Shown here: one piece after another, positions 54,725 to 63,813 of the stretch
Position numbering within the stretch: position 1 is the stretch's first letter
Layout: each line of letters starts with the position of its first letter
Virus record (IMG/VR): IMGVR_UViG_3300009093_000005
DNA: 64,000 nt
Reading direction: 5' to 3' (one strand)
Origin: a virus
Program-made: the position numbers and the translations under genes
Notes under the pieces: model-generated
The model's database searches: none
Seen by the model: only the letters and a program-made list of their open reading frames with translations
Told to the model about the DNA's origin: nothing

Positions 54725-55864
54725 ATGGACTATAAAGAACGCCTCAAGGCGGTTGAACTCTTCTTAAACGAACTCGGACGGGGCATACCGGAAGATGAAC
54801 GCGTGATGGTCGGCTATGCCTCAGAAGCCACCGTGCAAACCGACGCATCCGGAAAGAAGCTCAACGCTGGTTGGTGGCCCGCTCCACATCGCGACGGCAA
54901 AAATATTAAGACCGAGGACAACTGCTATGTCTGCATCTCTTCCTCCAAGAAAACCCCCAACCCTAAGACTGGTGAGCTGCGGTACTGGCGCGGAGATGAA
55001 AGCTTCGGGCACGGACTCGCGCTCATGGTGGATGACATTGGCACAGGCCGTGGATCAAAAGGACTCCTGCATCTGGATCAATTCACGGCTCGCCTTGAGC
55101 CAACAACAGTGGTGGAAACTTCACCAGGAAATCATCAACTCTGGTACTTCCTGGATGCCCCGGAACCGAATCGAAAACGATTTAAAGCTTTCCTCGTGGG
55201 ATTTGTATCTACAGTCCTGGTTGATAAAGGCGGCGATGGCACAATTCGAGACATCAGTCGATATGGCCGGATGCCTGCAGGAATCAATAACAAACGTGAT
55301 AAAGAAAACGAACTCAAGTATGCTGACGAACGCGGCAAGCCGTTTCGTGTCGGACTCGCTGGAGAGCCCAGATACGATCGCCGATACAGCATGGATGCAA
55401 TCGCTAGTGCGTTCGGCTTTCGAGTCGATGACTTCCTGCCTGCCGAAGTAAAACTGACGCCAGAGCAAATCGCCAATCGAGACCAGGAGTTTAAGTGCGA
55501 TGCGATTTGGCTAAGATATGCCGTTCACATTCTGAGCGCGGCCAAGCAAGGCGAAGGGTCCGGTGGTGATGTATCACAGAACATGTCCGGGAAGTATCGT
55601 ATCCGGTGCCCTTGGGGCGATGAACACACCAACGGCGATTCATACGGCGCCTATTTTCGCGGGCCTATTCCAGGCGCAGAATACGAGCATGTTTTCGGTT
55701 GCGGGCACGATACTTGCCGCAAGGAGAAGAAGCGCACCTGGTCGCCATTCATAGACAAAATCGTCATGCCTGCAATCATTGAGGCAATCGAAAATAACAA
55801 CCGTCGTTATGCAGACGGTGATATGGCCAATGTTGAAGTCACTGAGTTCAAGGAACACAAATGA
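54725..55864 (+). CDS. Primase-polymerase (RepB-like primase domain)
   Basis: LMVDDIG, ETSPGNHQLWYFL, R.GRMPAG.N.K, CPWGDEH...CGHDTC; TTG 54671 is an alternative start. Confidence 0.75.
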   Translation: MDYKERLKAVELFLNELGRGIPEDERVMVGYASEATVQTDASGKKLNAGWWPAPHRDGKNIKTEDNCYVCISSSKKTPNPKTGELRYWRGDESFGHGLALMVDDIGTGRGSKGLLHLDQFTARLEPTTVVETSPGNHQLWYFLDAPEPNRKRFKAFLVGFVSTVLVDKGGDGTIRDISRYGRMPAGINNKRDKENELKYADERGKPFRVGLAGEPRYDRRYSMDAIASAFGFRVDDFLPAEVKLTPEQIANRDQEFKCDAIWLRYAVHILSAAKQGEGSGGDVSQNMSGKYRIRCPWGDEHTNGDSYGAYFRGPIPGAEYEHVFGCGHDTCRKEKKRTWSPFIDKIVMPAIIEAIENNNRRYADGDMANVEVTEFKEHK

Positions 55865-56166
55865 GCAAACAACTCTCGGCGTTTGTCGTAAGGAAAGCGG
55901 GGCGGGTGGTGGATTGTATTAAGGCAAAGGACATTGGGTTGGCGATGCAAGAGGCGTTGGATAAGTGGGAGAAGTATTGTGTGAAGAAGGGGTGCACGTT
56001 GGCCGTGGATTTCGTTCCGGATGCTGCTGTTAAGCCGCTCGTGCTAATGCCAACGAAGCTGGAGGTGATGCAATACGGTCCAGTCGGGGCGCCTGACAAG
56101 TCTGTTGTTCCATCGATCAATCCGGTGTTTGCTGCTATTCACCAAAGCACACGTTCAACGGAATGA
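55861..56166 (+). CDS. Hypothetical protein
   Basis: 101 aa, 4-bp overlap with primase. Confidence 0.55.
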   Translation: MSKQLSAFVVRKAGRVVDCIKAKDIGLAMQEALDKWEKYCVKKGCTLAVDFVPDAAVKPLVLMPTKLEVMQYGPVGAPDKSVVPSINPVFAAIHQSTRSTE

Positions 56167-56172
56167 CGCGCC

Positions 56173-57762
56173 ATGATTGATTTGAATGATATCGCAGATG
56201 GTGCTGAAGAAGAGGCGCAGCGCAAGTTGGAAGGAGTGCAAGCTAGGCGCCTAGAGATCGCGGCCGAAGCGCAACAACGTGCCGAGTCAATGAGAAATGA
56301 AAGGGACATTGTGAAGCGGGCGAGGTTGTTGGCGTCCACGCAGCTGATCGATTTCCCGGATGTGAAGAAGGTGCGACAAGGCGACTCATTCATCACGCAG
56401 CCGTTGATGACGGATCAGAACAAGTGGCGTGTGTTGGATGCGCTGTTCGAAGGGCAAGACGAGCATATGCCGCACCGTGACCACTATCGCGGCCGGATCG
56501 TGGATCACGAGGGGAAGATCATCGATGATCACTATTCGGTCGTGCGCTGGGTCTCGGCGTTCTCGGCAGCAGGGCTGAAAGGGGTCGGCGCGAACGGCGC
56601 GCGTGACGCGATCCGGGAATGGGCGTTACAACACGAGCGCAACGACTTGATCAACAACGTCGAAAGCAACATGCCAGAGTGGGACGGTAAGGAGCGCATG
56701 CGACGGTTTCTGATCGAGTTCTTCGAGAGCCATGAGACGCCGCTGAACGAGGACTTCGGGCAGTACTTCTGGTTGAGTCTGTACAATCGTGTGATGATCC
56801 CAGGATCGTTGGCGCCGATGGTGCTCTCGCTGTTCGGTGCGCAAGGTTGCGGCAAGTCGCTGTTCGGCAAGAGGCTTTGTCAAATATTGACCGGGAATGA
56901 AGAGGCCGACTCGGTGCAGTTGAACCTGGACGGCGAGAAGCTGGAGTTCTTGCGCAACATCACAGGCAACAGCGTGATCGCTTCGGTCGGTGAAATGACG
57001 GGCTTCACACGTGGCGACTTGAACAAGATCAAGGACTTCATCACGCGCTCATCCGATCAAATGCACTACAAGTTCGAGGGCAATTTCACGCAGCTGCGGC
57101 AGTGGATCACAGTGATGGACGGCAATAAGTATGAAGGCCTCCAGCGTGATGACTCCGGGAATCGGCGCTTCTATCCGATGTTTTGCGGACAGCTGCCTGA
57201 TAAGTTGGGCAGACCGGATTGGCGGCCGGACTTTGTGGTGGAGGCCGATCGCTGGGCTTCGCTCGAAGGGGAAGTGTGGCAGATCATGGCGGAAGCCGCG
57301 AAGTGGATGGACGACAACGGCGAGCACCGCTACAACAAGTTCGTCTCATATGTGATCAATCAGGTTCGCGACTTCTCCAATGCCGAGATGGCTCGCGACT
57401 CTGGGACCATCCAGGATGATGTTTTTGATGTGTACCTGGTGCCGATGCTAAAGGAGGGGCCGAAGCTGATGTGGCGCCGCTCCAACGGCGAGGAGTGTGT
57501 GGGCGTTAAGGCCGGTGAGTTTAAGCGCTTCTTCCAGGACCGGAACAAGCACCTGAAGCCGAACTGGCGCCACCTTAAACACAAGATGTTGTCGTTGGGC
57601 GCGATCGAGCACGCGTTTTCGGGCGGCTATCCGGGATATTTATTCCCACAGTTCAAGAGTGTTTTGGACTTCGAGATGAAGATTGGGGAGAAAGAGTACA
57701 CTGATGATGGCTCTATCGTGTCGATTTCTGAGGCCATTGGTGGAGGGGGCGGAGGGTTTTGA
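56173..57762 (+). CDS. VapE/VirE-like P-loop ATPase (replicative helicase partner of primase)
   Basis: PEWDG..R, FGAQGCGKS, GEM, K.FIT...D..R/H.K, N....L..D.SGNRRF.P. Confidence 0.85.
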   Translation: MIDLNDIADGAEEEAQRKLEGVQARRLEIAAEAQQRAESMRNERDIVKRARLLASTQLIDFPDVKKVRQGDSFITQPLMTDQNKWRVLDALFEGQDEHMPHRDHYRGRIVDHEGKIIDDHYSVVRWVSAFSAAGLKGVGANGARDAIREWALQHERNDLINNVESNMPEWDGKERMRRFLIEFFESHETPLNEDFGQYFWLSLYNRVMIPGSLAPMVLSLFGAQGCGKSLFGKRLCQILTGNEEADSVQLNLDGEKLEFLRNITGNSVIASVGEMTGFTRGDLNKIKDFITRSSDQMHYKFEGNFTQLRQWITVMDGNKYEGLQRDDSGNRRFYPMFCGQLPDKLGRPDWRPDFVVEADRWASLEGEVWQIMAEAAKWMDDNGEHRYNKFVSYVINQVRDFSNAEMARDSGTIQDDVFDVYLVPMLKEGPKLMWRRSNGEECVGVKAGEFKRFFQDRNKHLKPNWRHLKHKMLSLGAIEHAFSGGYPGYLFPQFKSVLDFEMKIGEKEYTDDGSIVSISEAIGGGGGGF

Positions 57763-57806
57763 GGACTTTGTGTTTGGCTATTGATTCGATTATGTAGGGT
57801 GTTTGG

Positions 57807-57832
57807 CGGCCACTGATGTGGCCGTTTTGCTT
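57807..57832 (+). terminator. Intrinsic terminator of the primase operon
   Basis: cggccac-tgat-gtggccg followed by ttttgctt. Confidence 0.7.
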
Positions 57833-58047
57833 GGGAATGTGTTCATGGATTGTGGCTAATACGGAATGGGTCAGCAGAGCAAGTGGCTTGAACCCTGATA
57901 AGAAAAATATTTGTTGACGGATTTCGTGTTTTAAGCGTCGTGGATTCTTGGTGTACTGGCAGTGAACGGTTGGAAAACTTGGCCAACTGGCCTGGGCCAC
58001 TGGAGTGGCTTGTGTTGCACCATTTGTACACCGATGTGGCAGGCCTC

Positions 58048-58151
58048 AGTTGAGGAAATTGAGTCTTGAGCAGACTCCGCTATTCTCTATTCCTCTCTAT
58101 TTTCTATTTCTTCTATTTACTATTGATATAAATAAGTCAACTAGTCAACTA
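58048..58151 (+). promoter_or_regulatory. Conserved non-coding element copy 2 (candidate late promoter)
   Basis: AGTTGAGGAAATTGAGTC box, pyrimidine tract, TATAAATAAGTCAACTA(GTCAACTA); matches 7921-8019. Confidence 0.55.
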
Positions 58152-58445
58152 AGCCTTCTCCGGTTTGGGCCGGACACTGAGTGCAAGTCAGTTGGGCGCG
58201 GCTATTCCCAGGATTTGGTCAATCTGACTGTAATTTGGCGCACCTTGCGGCCGTGCCCGATGGTCACGAGCCGTCGCTCACTCGCAGGTCAAGGCGCGGC
58301 AATATCATCGGCCACAAACACAAGGCGCACCAGCAGTCAGCCCAACGCACCAATGCCGATCGCCCACGCAATCAAGGTGAAAGCGTCACGGCCACTATAT
58401 GTCCGTACAATCGCCCGCAAGCGACACTCACACAGCACAATCACC

Positions 58446-59090
58446 ATGGCACGCTCCAAGCGCACCTCAACGCGTAACAGCGAAGACGACCAAAGCACAT
58501 TTGACGACAACGGAAATCCGTTGGACATAGTCACATCTGCCATTCTGCCAGCGTACCACTTCCGTGACGAGGACTTTGCTCAGCGCAACTTGGTGGCAGT
58601 CGCCGAGTACGCTGGATACCGCGCTTTGGGTGTGAATGCCGAGCGGGCATTTCTGCGCACATTCGGAACCGACTATGCAGACCCGCATCTCACATCGAGA
58701 ATCGAAGCCCTAGAACACAACGTCATCTATCGCCGAGCTTTCCTGGAGGCATTCAGCAAAGTCAAAGTAGGTGAGATGTGGGATGTCAAGATGGCGGCGT
58801 GGGAATACCTCCAACTCGTCAACAATCCATTTGTGAAGGACTCCACACGCCTGTCCGCCATTAAGGAGCTCAACGTGCTCTTCGGCATCACCGTGGTGGA
58901 CGACACAGGCAGAACGCGCGCTGGGCGTGGACTCAAGGAGTTCTATGCCGACACAATTGACGCAGAGGCCGGCAGCGTGACACAGGCCACATCGGCCCCA
59001 GCGCGGCGACACCCTGATCCGGGAAGCGCGGACGCCGAAGCGAGAATCGAGGCTCGGAAGGCAGAGAAGGATGCAGCCAGGACACACTAG
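58446..59090 (+). CDS. Probable terminase small subunit
   Basis: 214 aa, lone rightward gene after primase block; helical core ending RLSAIKELNVL.GIT as in TerS-type proteins; weak RBS. Confidence 0.5.
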   Translation: MARSKRTSTRNSEDDQSTFDDNGNPLDIVTSAILPAYHFRDEDFAQRNLVAVAEYAGYRALGVNAERAFLRTFGTDYADPHLTSRIEALEHNVIYRRAFLEAFSKVKVGEMWDVKMAAWEYLQLVNNPFVKDSTRLSAIKELNVLFGITVVDDTGRTRAGRGLKEFYADTIDAEAGSVTQATSAPARRHPDPGSADAEARIEARKAEKDAARTH

Positions 59091-59179
59091 AACGTGGACG
59101 GCTGGCTCTGATCATGGCGGGATAGGGCGTAGGATAGGCGGACGATTCATAGGCCAGCGAACACCGGCCTAATGCGACA

Positions 59180-59383
59180 CTAGATAAGCTTCAACTTGGA
59201 CATTGCGTGATGCATTGCCATCCTTGCTTCAGGACTCGCTGGCTCTCCGTGAGTCCAAACGCTCTCCATCCGCATTGTTGATCCGACCGGAACGCACTTG
59301 CAAACGCGCATCGCCCGCGATCCATTCACATGGACTTCGTACCACCATCCACCGCGTTCAATTCTGACCCTATTAATGATCAT
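59180..59383 (-). CDS. Small hypothetical protein
   Basis: AGGAG-ATG; 67 aa. Confidence 0.55.
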   Translation of the reverse strand: MIINRVRIERGGWWYEVHVNGSRAMRVCKCVPVGSTMRMESVWTHGEPASPEARMAMHHAMSKLKLI

Positions 59384-59425
59384 GGCCGTGCTCCTGTCAA
59401 AGAGGCACGGCCATTCTATTTCTTC
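59382..59425 (+). terminator. Hairpin, possible + strand terminator, overlapping the RBS/start of 59180-59383
   Basis: atggccgtgc / gcacggccat 10-bp stem followed by tctatttcttc. Confidence 0.45.
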
Positions 59426-59493
59426 TTACCAATGATGCGAAGTAACGCACCGGTAACTCACGTAAGAATCGGTTTCGGCCATTGGCCGATATG

Positions 59494-59772
59494 TCAATCT
59501 CCGAAATGCACAGGGCCGGATGAAGGCACGAGCGCCGGCACCAGCCTCTCGGTCACAGCTGCGAGATACAAGTCATTCGCCGTATAGGCCATGTGACGAA
59601 TGTGACCTTGGACGGCGACCGCAGCCGGATAGCTGATCTGCGCGACTTTGCCTAAGCACTCGATGAGCGAATCATCGTTGTGGTTGATTCCGTCAGGCAG
59701 AGTCGATCCGAGCGAGACGCGCTCGATGAAGGCCAGCATCTTTTCTTGGAGCTCAAGAGACATTGGTTTCAT
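59494..59772 (-). CDS. Small hypothetical protein
   Basis: 92 aa, packed leftward cluster. Confidence 0.6.
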   Translation of the reverse strand: MKPMSLELQEKMLAFIERVSLGSTLPDGINHNDDSLIECLGKVAQISYPAAVAVQGHIRHMAYTANDLYLAAVTERLVPALVPSSGPVHFGD

Positions 59773-59775
59773 GAC

Positions 59776-60159
59776 TCAGACTCCAGCCAGGAAGACAAGG
59801 AACGCGCGGAGGCGATCGGCATCCTCGTCGACTGCGCGATTGATTTGCACCGAGCGGGCCGGCTTTCCATTGCCGTCGATGGTAATTCGTGCGACGAGTT
59901 CGGCCTCACGAATCCTGAATCTCGTGGCCTTCAGCGCATTCGGAGCGACGCGCGGATTTTGCGCCTTGATGAAGTTGCAATCACCATCCACTTTTACGTC
60001 GTAGATGAGCGGCAGACCGCTCTCGCTGATCACAACGTATCCATTCCCGGTCGCGCCTTCGCATTGGAATCCCTCCAACTCGGCGAGTTGGCTCTTGAGA
60101 ATGGCGATCGTATCGGCTTTGGCCTTCAACATCTCGCCTTCGGTGTATTGCTTAGTCAT
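59776..60159 (-). CDS. Hypothetical protein
   Basis: AGGAG-ATG 60159 (MTKQYTEG...), 127 aa. Confidence 0.7.
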   Translation of the reverse strand: MTKQYTEGEMLKAKADTIAILKSQLAELEGFQCEGATGNGYVVISESGLPLIYDVKVDGDCNFIKAQNPRVAPNALKATRFRIREAELVARITIDGNGKPARSVQINRAVDEDADRLRAFLVFLAGV

Positions 60160-60210
60160 ATCGGCTCCTGGTTGTTTCTGTTGCGTTTGACTTCGGATGA
60201 TGCGGAACCT

Positions 60211-60239
60211 ATTTTGAGTCAGAAGTGCGCCAGAGTCAA
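60211..60239 (-). promoter_or_regulatory. Sigma70-like promoter TTGACT-N17-CAAAAT
   Basis: -35 60234-60239, -10 60211-60216, 17-nt spacer, in the gap before 60159. Confidence 0.55.
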
Positions 60240-60260
60240 CGTACACTGGCGCTTTGATGA

Positions 60261-60506
60261 TCAGAACGAAAGACAAAGAGGCTTGCGCGCACGTCCTTCG
60301 GCAACGGCGAGTGACATGTCATTCTTCTGACGGTCGGTCATATCGCCTTTGAGACCGTGCGTCGCGAAGTAAGCCGGAACCCATTGATCGAGGACGACCT
60401 GACTCGTCTCGTACACACAAATGCCGGTGGCGCCGTTTTGCTTCATGTTGGCAACTTCCCAGTCCTGGATTCCCAGGCGGTACTGCTCCTCTTTGGTCAG
60501 CTTCAC
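60261..60506 (-). CDS. Small hypothetical protein
   Basis: AGGAG-GTG 60506. Confidence 0.6.
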   Translation of the reverse strand: MKLTKEEQYRLGIQDWEVANMKQNGATGICVYETSQVVLDQWVPAYFATHGLKGDMTDRQKNDMSLAVAEGRARKPLCLSF

Positions 60507-60520
60507 TGATGAATCTCCTA

Positions 60521-60730
60521 TCAAGGATAAACGAAATCGAACTGCCGGCCGTCCTCATAGAACTCACGGACGGTGACTGCGAAGTCGGACGCACGCCAGA
60601 TCGCGGCGATGCGCATTGCGGCTTGCCTGCAGCCGGAAGGGCCGTTGTGATCCGCAGCAGAGAACGTGCGCTTTTGCTCTTGCCCATTCTTCATGGCGTG
60701 GACGCGCACAGATGTGACGACGTTGCTCAT
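60521..60730 (-). CDS. Small hypothetical protein
   Basis: 69 aa, coupled to the upstream stop. Confidence 0.6.
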   Translation of the reverse strand: MSNVVTSVRVHAMKNGQEQKRTFSAADHNGPSGCRQAAMRIAAIWRASDFAVTVREFYEDGRQFDFVYP

Positions 60731-61005
60731 ACGGACACCTTTTCCATCGGGCAGGCCGTCTCAGGTTGCAGGCCCATGTGCGCCATTCCGCACACCACGG
60801 CTTTTCGGTCATAGTTCGATGCGAGCATCATGCCACACCGCTTGCAGCGCCAAGCCTCATCCAACTTCAGATCGATCGACATTGCATCATCGATCTCACG
60901 ACTTCCCAGATTGGCGATGGCGAACAGGATGGCGCAGGCCACAGCCATTCCTGCGAAGAATATCCCGAAGGCGAGCGCCAACGATCCAAGGTTCACCATT
61001 GTCAT
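60727..61005 (-). CDS. Small membrane protein with Cys motif
   Basis: N-terminal TM, CKRC...C...C. Confidence 0.6.
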   Translation of the reverse strand: MTMVNLGSLALAFGIFFAGMAVACAILFAIANLGSREIDDAMSIDLKLDEAWRCKRCGMMLASNYDRKAVVCGMAHMGLQPETACPMEKVSV

Positions 61006-61379
61006 ATGTCTAGCTCCAATTGTTCGATTGGCATATCAGGCCACTCCCAGCAGCCCTTTATGCTGTTTGCTTTCCAATGTGCCACCTGCATATTGTAATC
61101 GACGTGCAAGCCTGATACTACCTGGACACCGCCAATTTTGCCGATGAGCGGAACAACGTGGTCCACGACATGAAGCTCTCCGGTCTCTCGCGTTAGGCGC
61201 CTCGCCTCCTTGTACAGCGCGGCAATTGCCTTGCGGTCAGCCCAAGGTGGTGTCGCGCGACGCTCATGGCCCCGTCTTATAACGCCTTCCTTCCCCTTCG
61301 GACGGACCAAGCCTCGGCGCTTCTCCACAGGCGCGAAGAGCGGGCCGTGGCACCAGCCGCTGATGAGATCGAGGTTCAT
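61002..61379 (-). CDS. HNH endonuclease-like protein
   Basis: ATPPWAD...I...Y, HVVDHVVPL.G..V.GLHV.YN.Q......N..K. Confidence 0.75.
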   Translation of the reverse strand: MNLDLISGWCHGPLFAPVEKRRGLVRPKGKEGVIRRGHERRATPPWADRKAIAALYKEARRLTRETGELHVVDHVVPLIGKIGGVQVVSGLHVDYNMQVAHWKANSIKGCWEWPDMPIEQLELDI

Positions 61380-61382
61380 AGT

Positions 61383-61616
61383 TCAGCGGATTACCAGAGT
61401 CAGGTTGCGCTGCAGCCTTCCAGAGATCATATGGATCAGCGCCACAGCTTCGACCGCAGACAGGTCGATCCAAAGCTCGCCATCGTCACCGTAGAACTTC
61501 AACCGAACTCTGGCAAGACTTTCGCCTTCGCCAGCAGGAGCGAACGCCGCAGTAACATCAACATTGACCTGCTCCGACTTCTCAGGCCTCTTGCAAAAAC
61601 GCTTGTGGGCTTTCAT
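61383..61616 (-). CDS. Small hypothetical protein
   Basis: GAGAGG-ATG 61616 (MKAHKRFC...). Confidence 0.5.
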   Translation of the reverse strand: MKAHKRFCKRPEKSEQVNVDVTAAFAPAGEGESLARVRLKFYGDDGELWIDLSAVEAVALIHMISGRLQRNLTLVIR

Positions 61617-62040
61617 TCTCGAACCTCTCAATATCCGGATCAATCCAATAGTCATCGTCACCATACTCGCGCTTCGATCCGTCCACGCGATACCAGCAGC
61701 GCAACGAACCGCGCCGATGCATGGCACCAGTCATATTCCCAGCCCAGCTATACCCACAGCACATGCAACCGAGCGAACGATTCAGCGCCGTCCTCCGGTT
61801 CATCCATCCGTCGACGCGAAAGATTGGAACTCGCAGCCCGCGTATCGTCACATAGCGCTTGCCGCAGACTCTGCACTGTGGAACGATTTTATACGCGTCT
61901 GGATGTTGCGGCAGAACTCTGCGCGTATCGCAATGGCGGCAGCGGCAGTGAATTCTAGGCACGATGTTGTGCTGACTGATCTTTGTCTTGTCGCCCACCA
62001 GACGCGCACCATTGACCTGCCATGAATGGCGCAATGACAA
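61582..62040 (-). CDS. Cys-rich (zinc-binding) hypothetical protein
   Basis: CRCRHC, CRVCG, CMCCG, HRRGSLRCW; start uncertain. Confidence 0.6.
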   Translation of the reverse strand: MSLRHSWQVNGARLVGDKTKISQHNIVPRIHCRCRHCDTRRVLPQHPDAYKIVPQCRVCGKRYVTIRGLRVPIFRVDGWMNRRTALNRSLGCMCCGYSWAGNMTGAMHRRGSLRCWYRVDGSKREYGDDDYWIDPDIERFENESPQAFLQEA

Positions 62041-62064
62041 ACAGCAAGAACAAACGCCATTCCA

Positions 62065-62334
62065 TCACAACCTCCTCCACTTCACACATTCTTCCCAAAT
62101 GCGCCTGTCGAGTTCAGTGGCGTGGTGAATGGATCGGCTCCACCCATTGTCATGAATGAACGTGCATCCGCCCATGCACTGGATGCCGTGCCAGCCGCCT
62201 GCATGGGCGGATGTGATCTCGCACAAGGCAGTGGAGCCGTCATTGTAGCGCACGAGCGTGCCTGGGTGAAGTTCTTCGGCCGTCGCGCGCTCGCCTCGTA
62301 TCGGGTTGTTCACGTATTCATCTATCGCACTCAT
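62065..62334 (-). CDS. Small hypothetical protein
   Basis: 89 aa, coupled start. Confidence 0.6.
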   Translation of the reverse strand: MSAIDEYVNNPIRGERATAEELHPGTLVRYNDGSTALCEITSAHAGGWHGIQCMGGCTFIHDNGWSRSIHHATELDRRIWEECVKWRRL

Positions 62335-62543
62335 TTCTGATTCCTTTCTGATTGTTCAGGCCTGCGAACGAAATCTACCTCGTTTGGATGGACGAAAGAC
62401 GCACACAACGTGCGCTTGTTCATGATGAAGATAAGCGAACGCGCCGGGAAGACGCAAAGGACTTCGCACGGCGCGTCTTCATGCTTGACGATGTCGCCTG
62501 GGCGCAGGTCAGAACGGGATTGCTTCGTCATCGATAACAACAA
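62331..62543 (-). CDS. Small SH3/KOW-like hypothetical protein
   Basis: DLRPGDIV...EVL pattern. Confidence 0.5.
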   Translation of the reverse strand: MLLSMTKQSRSDLRPGDIVKHEDAPCEVLCVFPARSLIFIMNKRTLCASFVHPNEVDFVRRPEQSERNQK

Positions 62544-62973
62544 CTTCGCCGCCTGCCAGCTTCTCCGATCGTTCTAATAGCATGATGCCAGCCGAAACCC
62601 TGTCAGACACCAAGTTGAACTTCTCCATCACCGCTGCGCCCAGATCGATGCCGAGTTGCGACATGGCCAGATCGAGATAGATGATTGCGTCAGCGGCTTC
62701 GCGCTGAATCTTCAGCAGCACATCGTTCGGTAGATCGCGCAAGCGGCCTTCGTCCAGGCAATCCTTCACCTGCTGTCCATAGTCGCCGCGTGCTGCCTTC
62801 TTGAGCTCACCGGAGAGCTCACCGCACTCGCCATAGAACGCGTTCATCCAGCGATCGATGGACCAGTCTGACCCGTCCGGCTTGCTGTGCGCGATGTTTC
62901 CACGGCGATCACGGAAGCGCGGCAAACGCATCAAGTTCGCCTCGCGCAAAGCTGCGAATGTAAGCTTGTTCAT
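62509..62973 (-). CDS. mazG: MazG-like nucleotide pyrophosphohydrolase
   Basis: GECGEL....KK, E.AD..IYLDL.....GIDL..AV..KFN. Confidence 0.8.
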   Translation of the reverse strand: MNKLTFAALREANLMRLPRFRDRRGNIAHSKPDGSDWSIDRWMNAFYGECGELSGELKKAARGDYGQQVKDCLDEGRLRDLPNDVLLKIQREAADAIIYLDLAMSQLGIDLGAAVMEKFNLVSDRVSAGIMLLERSEKLAGGEVVVIDDEAIPF

Positions 62974-63206
62974 ACTGGTTGAATCTCCTTCAATGTCACA
63001 AACAGATCATACAGCGGAGGCCCGGTGAGCGATGAAGCTTGAACCAGGTTGTGTTTCACAGCCACCACGACGAATCTGCGATCGAGCAGCGTCACCGTAT
63101 CTGTGCCGCTTTTCAGCGCGACGATTGCGTCTTCACAATGATTCAAAGACACACGGCCGAAGTACACTGTAGCGAGGAGTGATTGCGTCCACATCATATT
63201 AATCAC
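62970..63206 (-). CDS. Small hypothetical protein
   Basis: 78 aa, coupled. Confidence 0.55.
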   Translation of the reverse strand: MINMMWTQSLLATVYFGRVSLNHCEDAIVALKSGTDTVTLLDRRFVVVAVKHNLVQASSLTGPPLYDLFVTLKEIQPV

Positions 63207-63433
63207 CGCTCCTCCAGCGAGAGCGCCGAGATCAGACCGTTGCTGAGCTTTTGCAGGTGGACGATTTCATTCTCAAGTGACTTGATGTACGACACGGCGT
63301 GGCGCAGAACACGCTTCTCGTCGCTGTTGGCGAAGTGCGGATCAGCAGCGAAGTCTGCAAGTGCCTTGCACACGTGCACCGGCTTCGCGAGATCAGGGTG
63401 CGGACAGTTCGCCTGATTGAAATCGAAGTTCAT
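63203..63433 (-). CDS. Small hypothetical protein
   Basis: ATGA-coupled start 63433 (MNFDFNQ...). Confidence 0.6.
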   Translation of the reverse strand: MNFDFNQANCPHPDLAKPVHVCKALADFAADPHFANSDEKRVLRHAVSYIKSLENEIVHLQKLSNGLISALSLEER

Positions 63434-63750
63434 CGGCCAATCTCCGGCACGCGGTTGTAGTTCTCCAGAACGCAATTGCTAAAGTCGTCCGCTGCCCATT
63501 GGGGTGGATTTTGAATGTTGACGTTGTGCGCCGTCTCACCGCGCTGATACGCCAACAACTCGTCCTCCAGGACGTTGATCGGGTTGCGATACCGAGGATC
63601 GTCGCTGATGTTCAGACGGTCGACCTTACGCGTAACAAGCAACTCCAAGATGTGGTGTTGCGGACCGTTTAGCGCATTGATCAACTGCACGAGAGCCGGA
63701 CCGCTTACGACGACTCGGTCAGGAATCGGATTCTTCAGATTATTCGACAT
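63430..63750 (-). CDS. Hypothetical protein
   Basis: AGGAG-ATG 63750 (MSNNLKNP...). Confidence 0.65.
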   Translation of the reverse strand: MSNNLKNPIPDRVVVSGPALVQLINALNGPQHHILELLVTRKVDRLNISDDPRYRNPINVLEDELLAYQRGETAHNVNIQNPPQWAADDFSNCVLENYNRVPEIGR

Positions 63751-63771
63751 CGATAGGACTCCTGCGGTTGA

Positions 63772-63813
63772 ATGTGAAAATGGCGCGCAATCCAGTGTAG
63801 GACGCGCGCCATT
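63772..63813 (-). terminator. Intrinsic terminator-like hairpin
   Basis: aatggcgcgc / gcgcgccatt 10-bp stem; minus strand followed by ttttcac. Confidence 0.55.

Noticed and set aside
58127-58134. TATAAATA as evidence for T4-type gp55 late transcription
   Set aside because: No gp55, gp33 or gp45 homologues seen and the second copy is TGTAAATA; kept only as part of the duplicated element
58005-58445. 147-codon N-terminal extension of the TerS-like ORF
   Set aside because: Runs through the pyrimidine-tract element and gives low-complexity, non-protein-like sequence; ATG 58446 preferred
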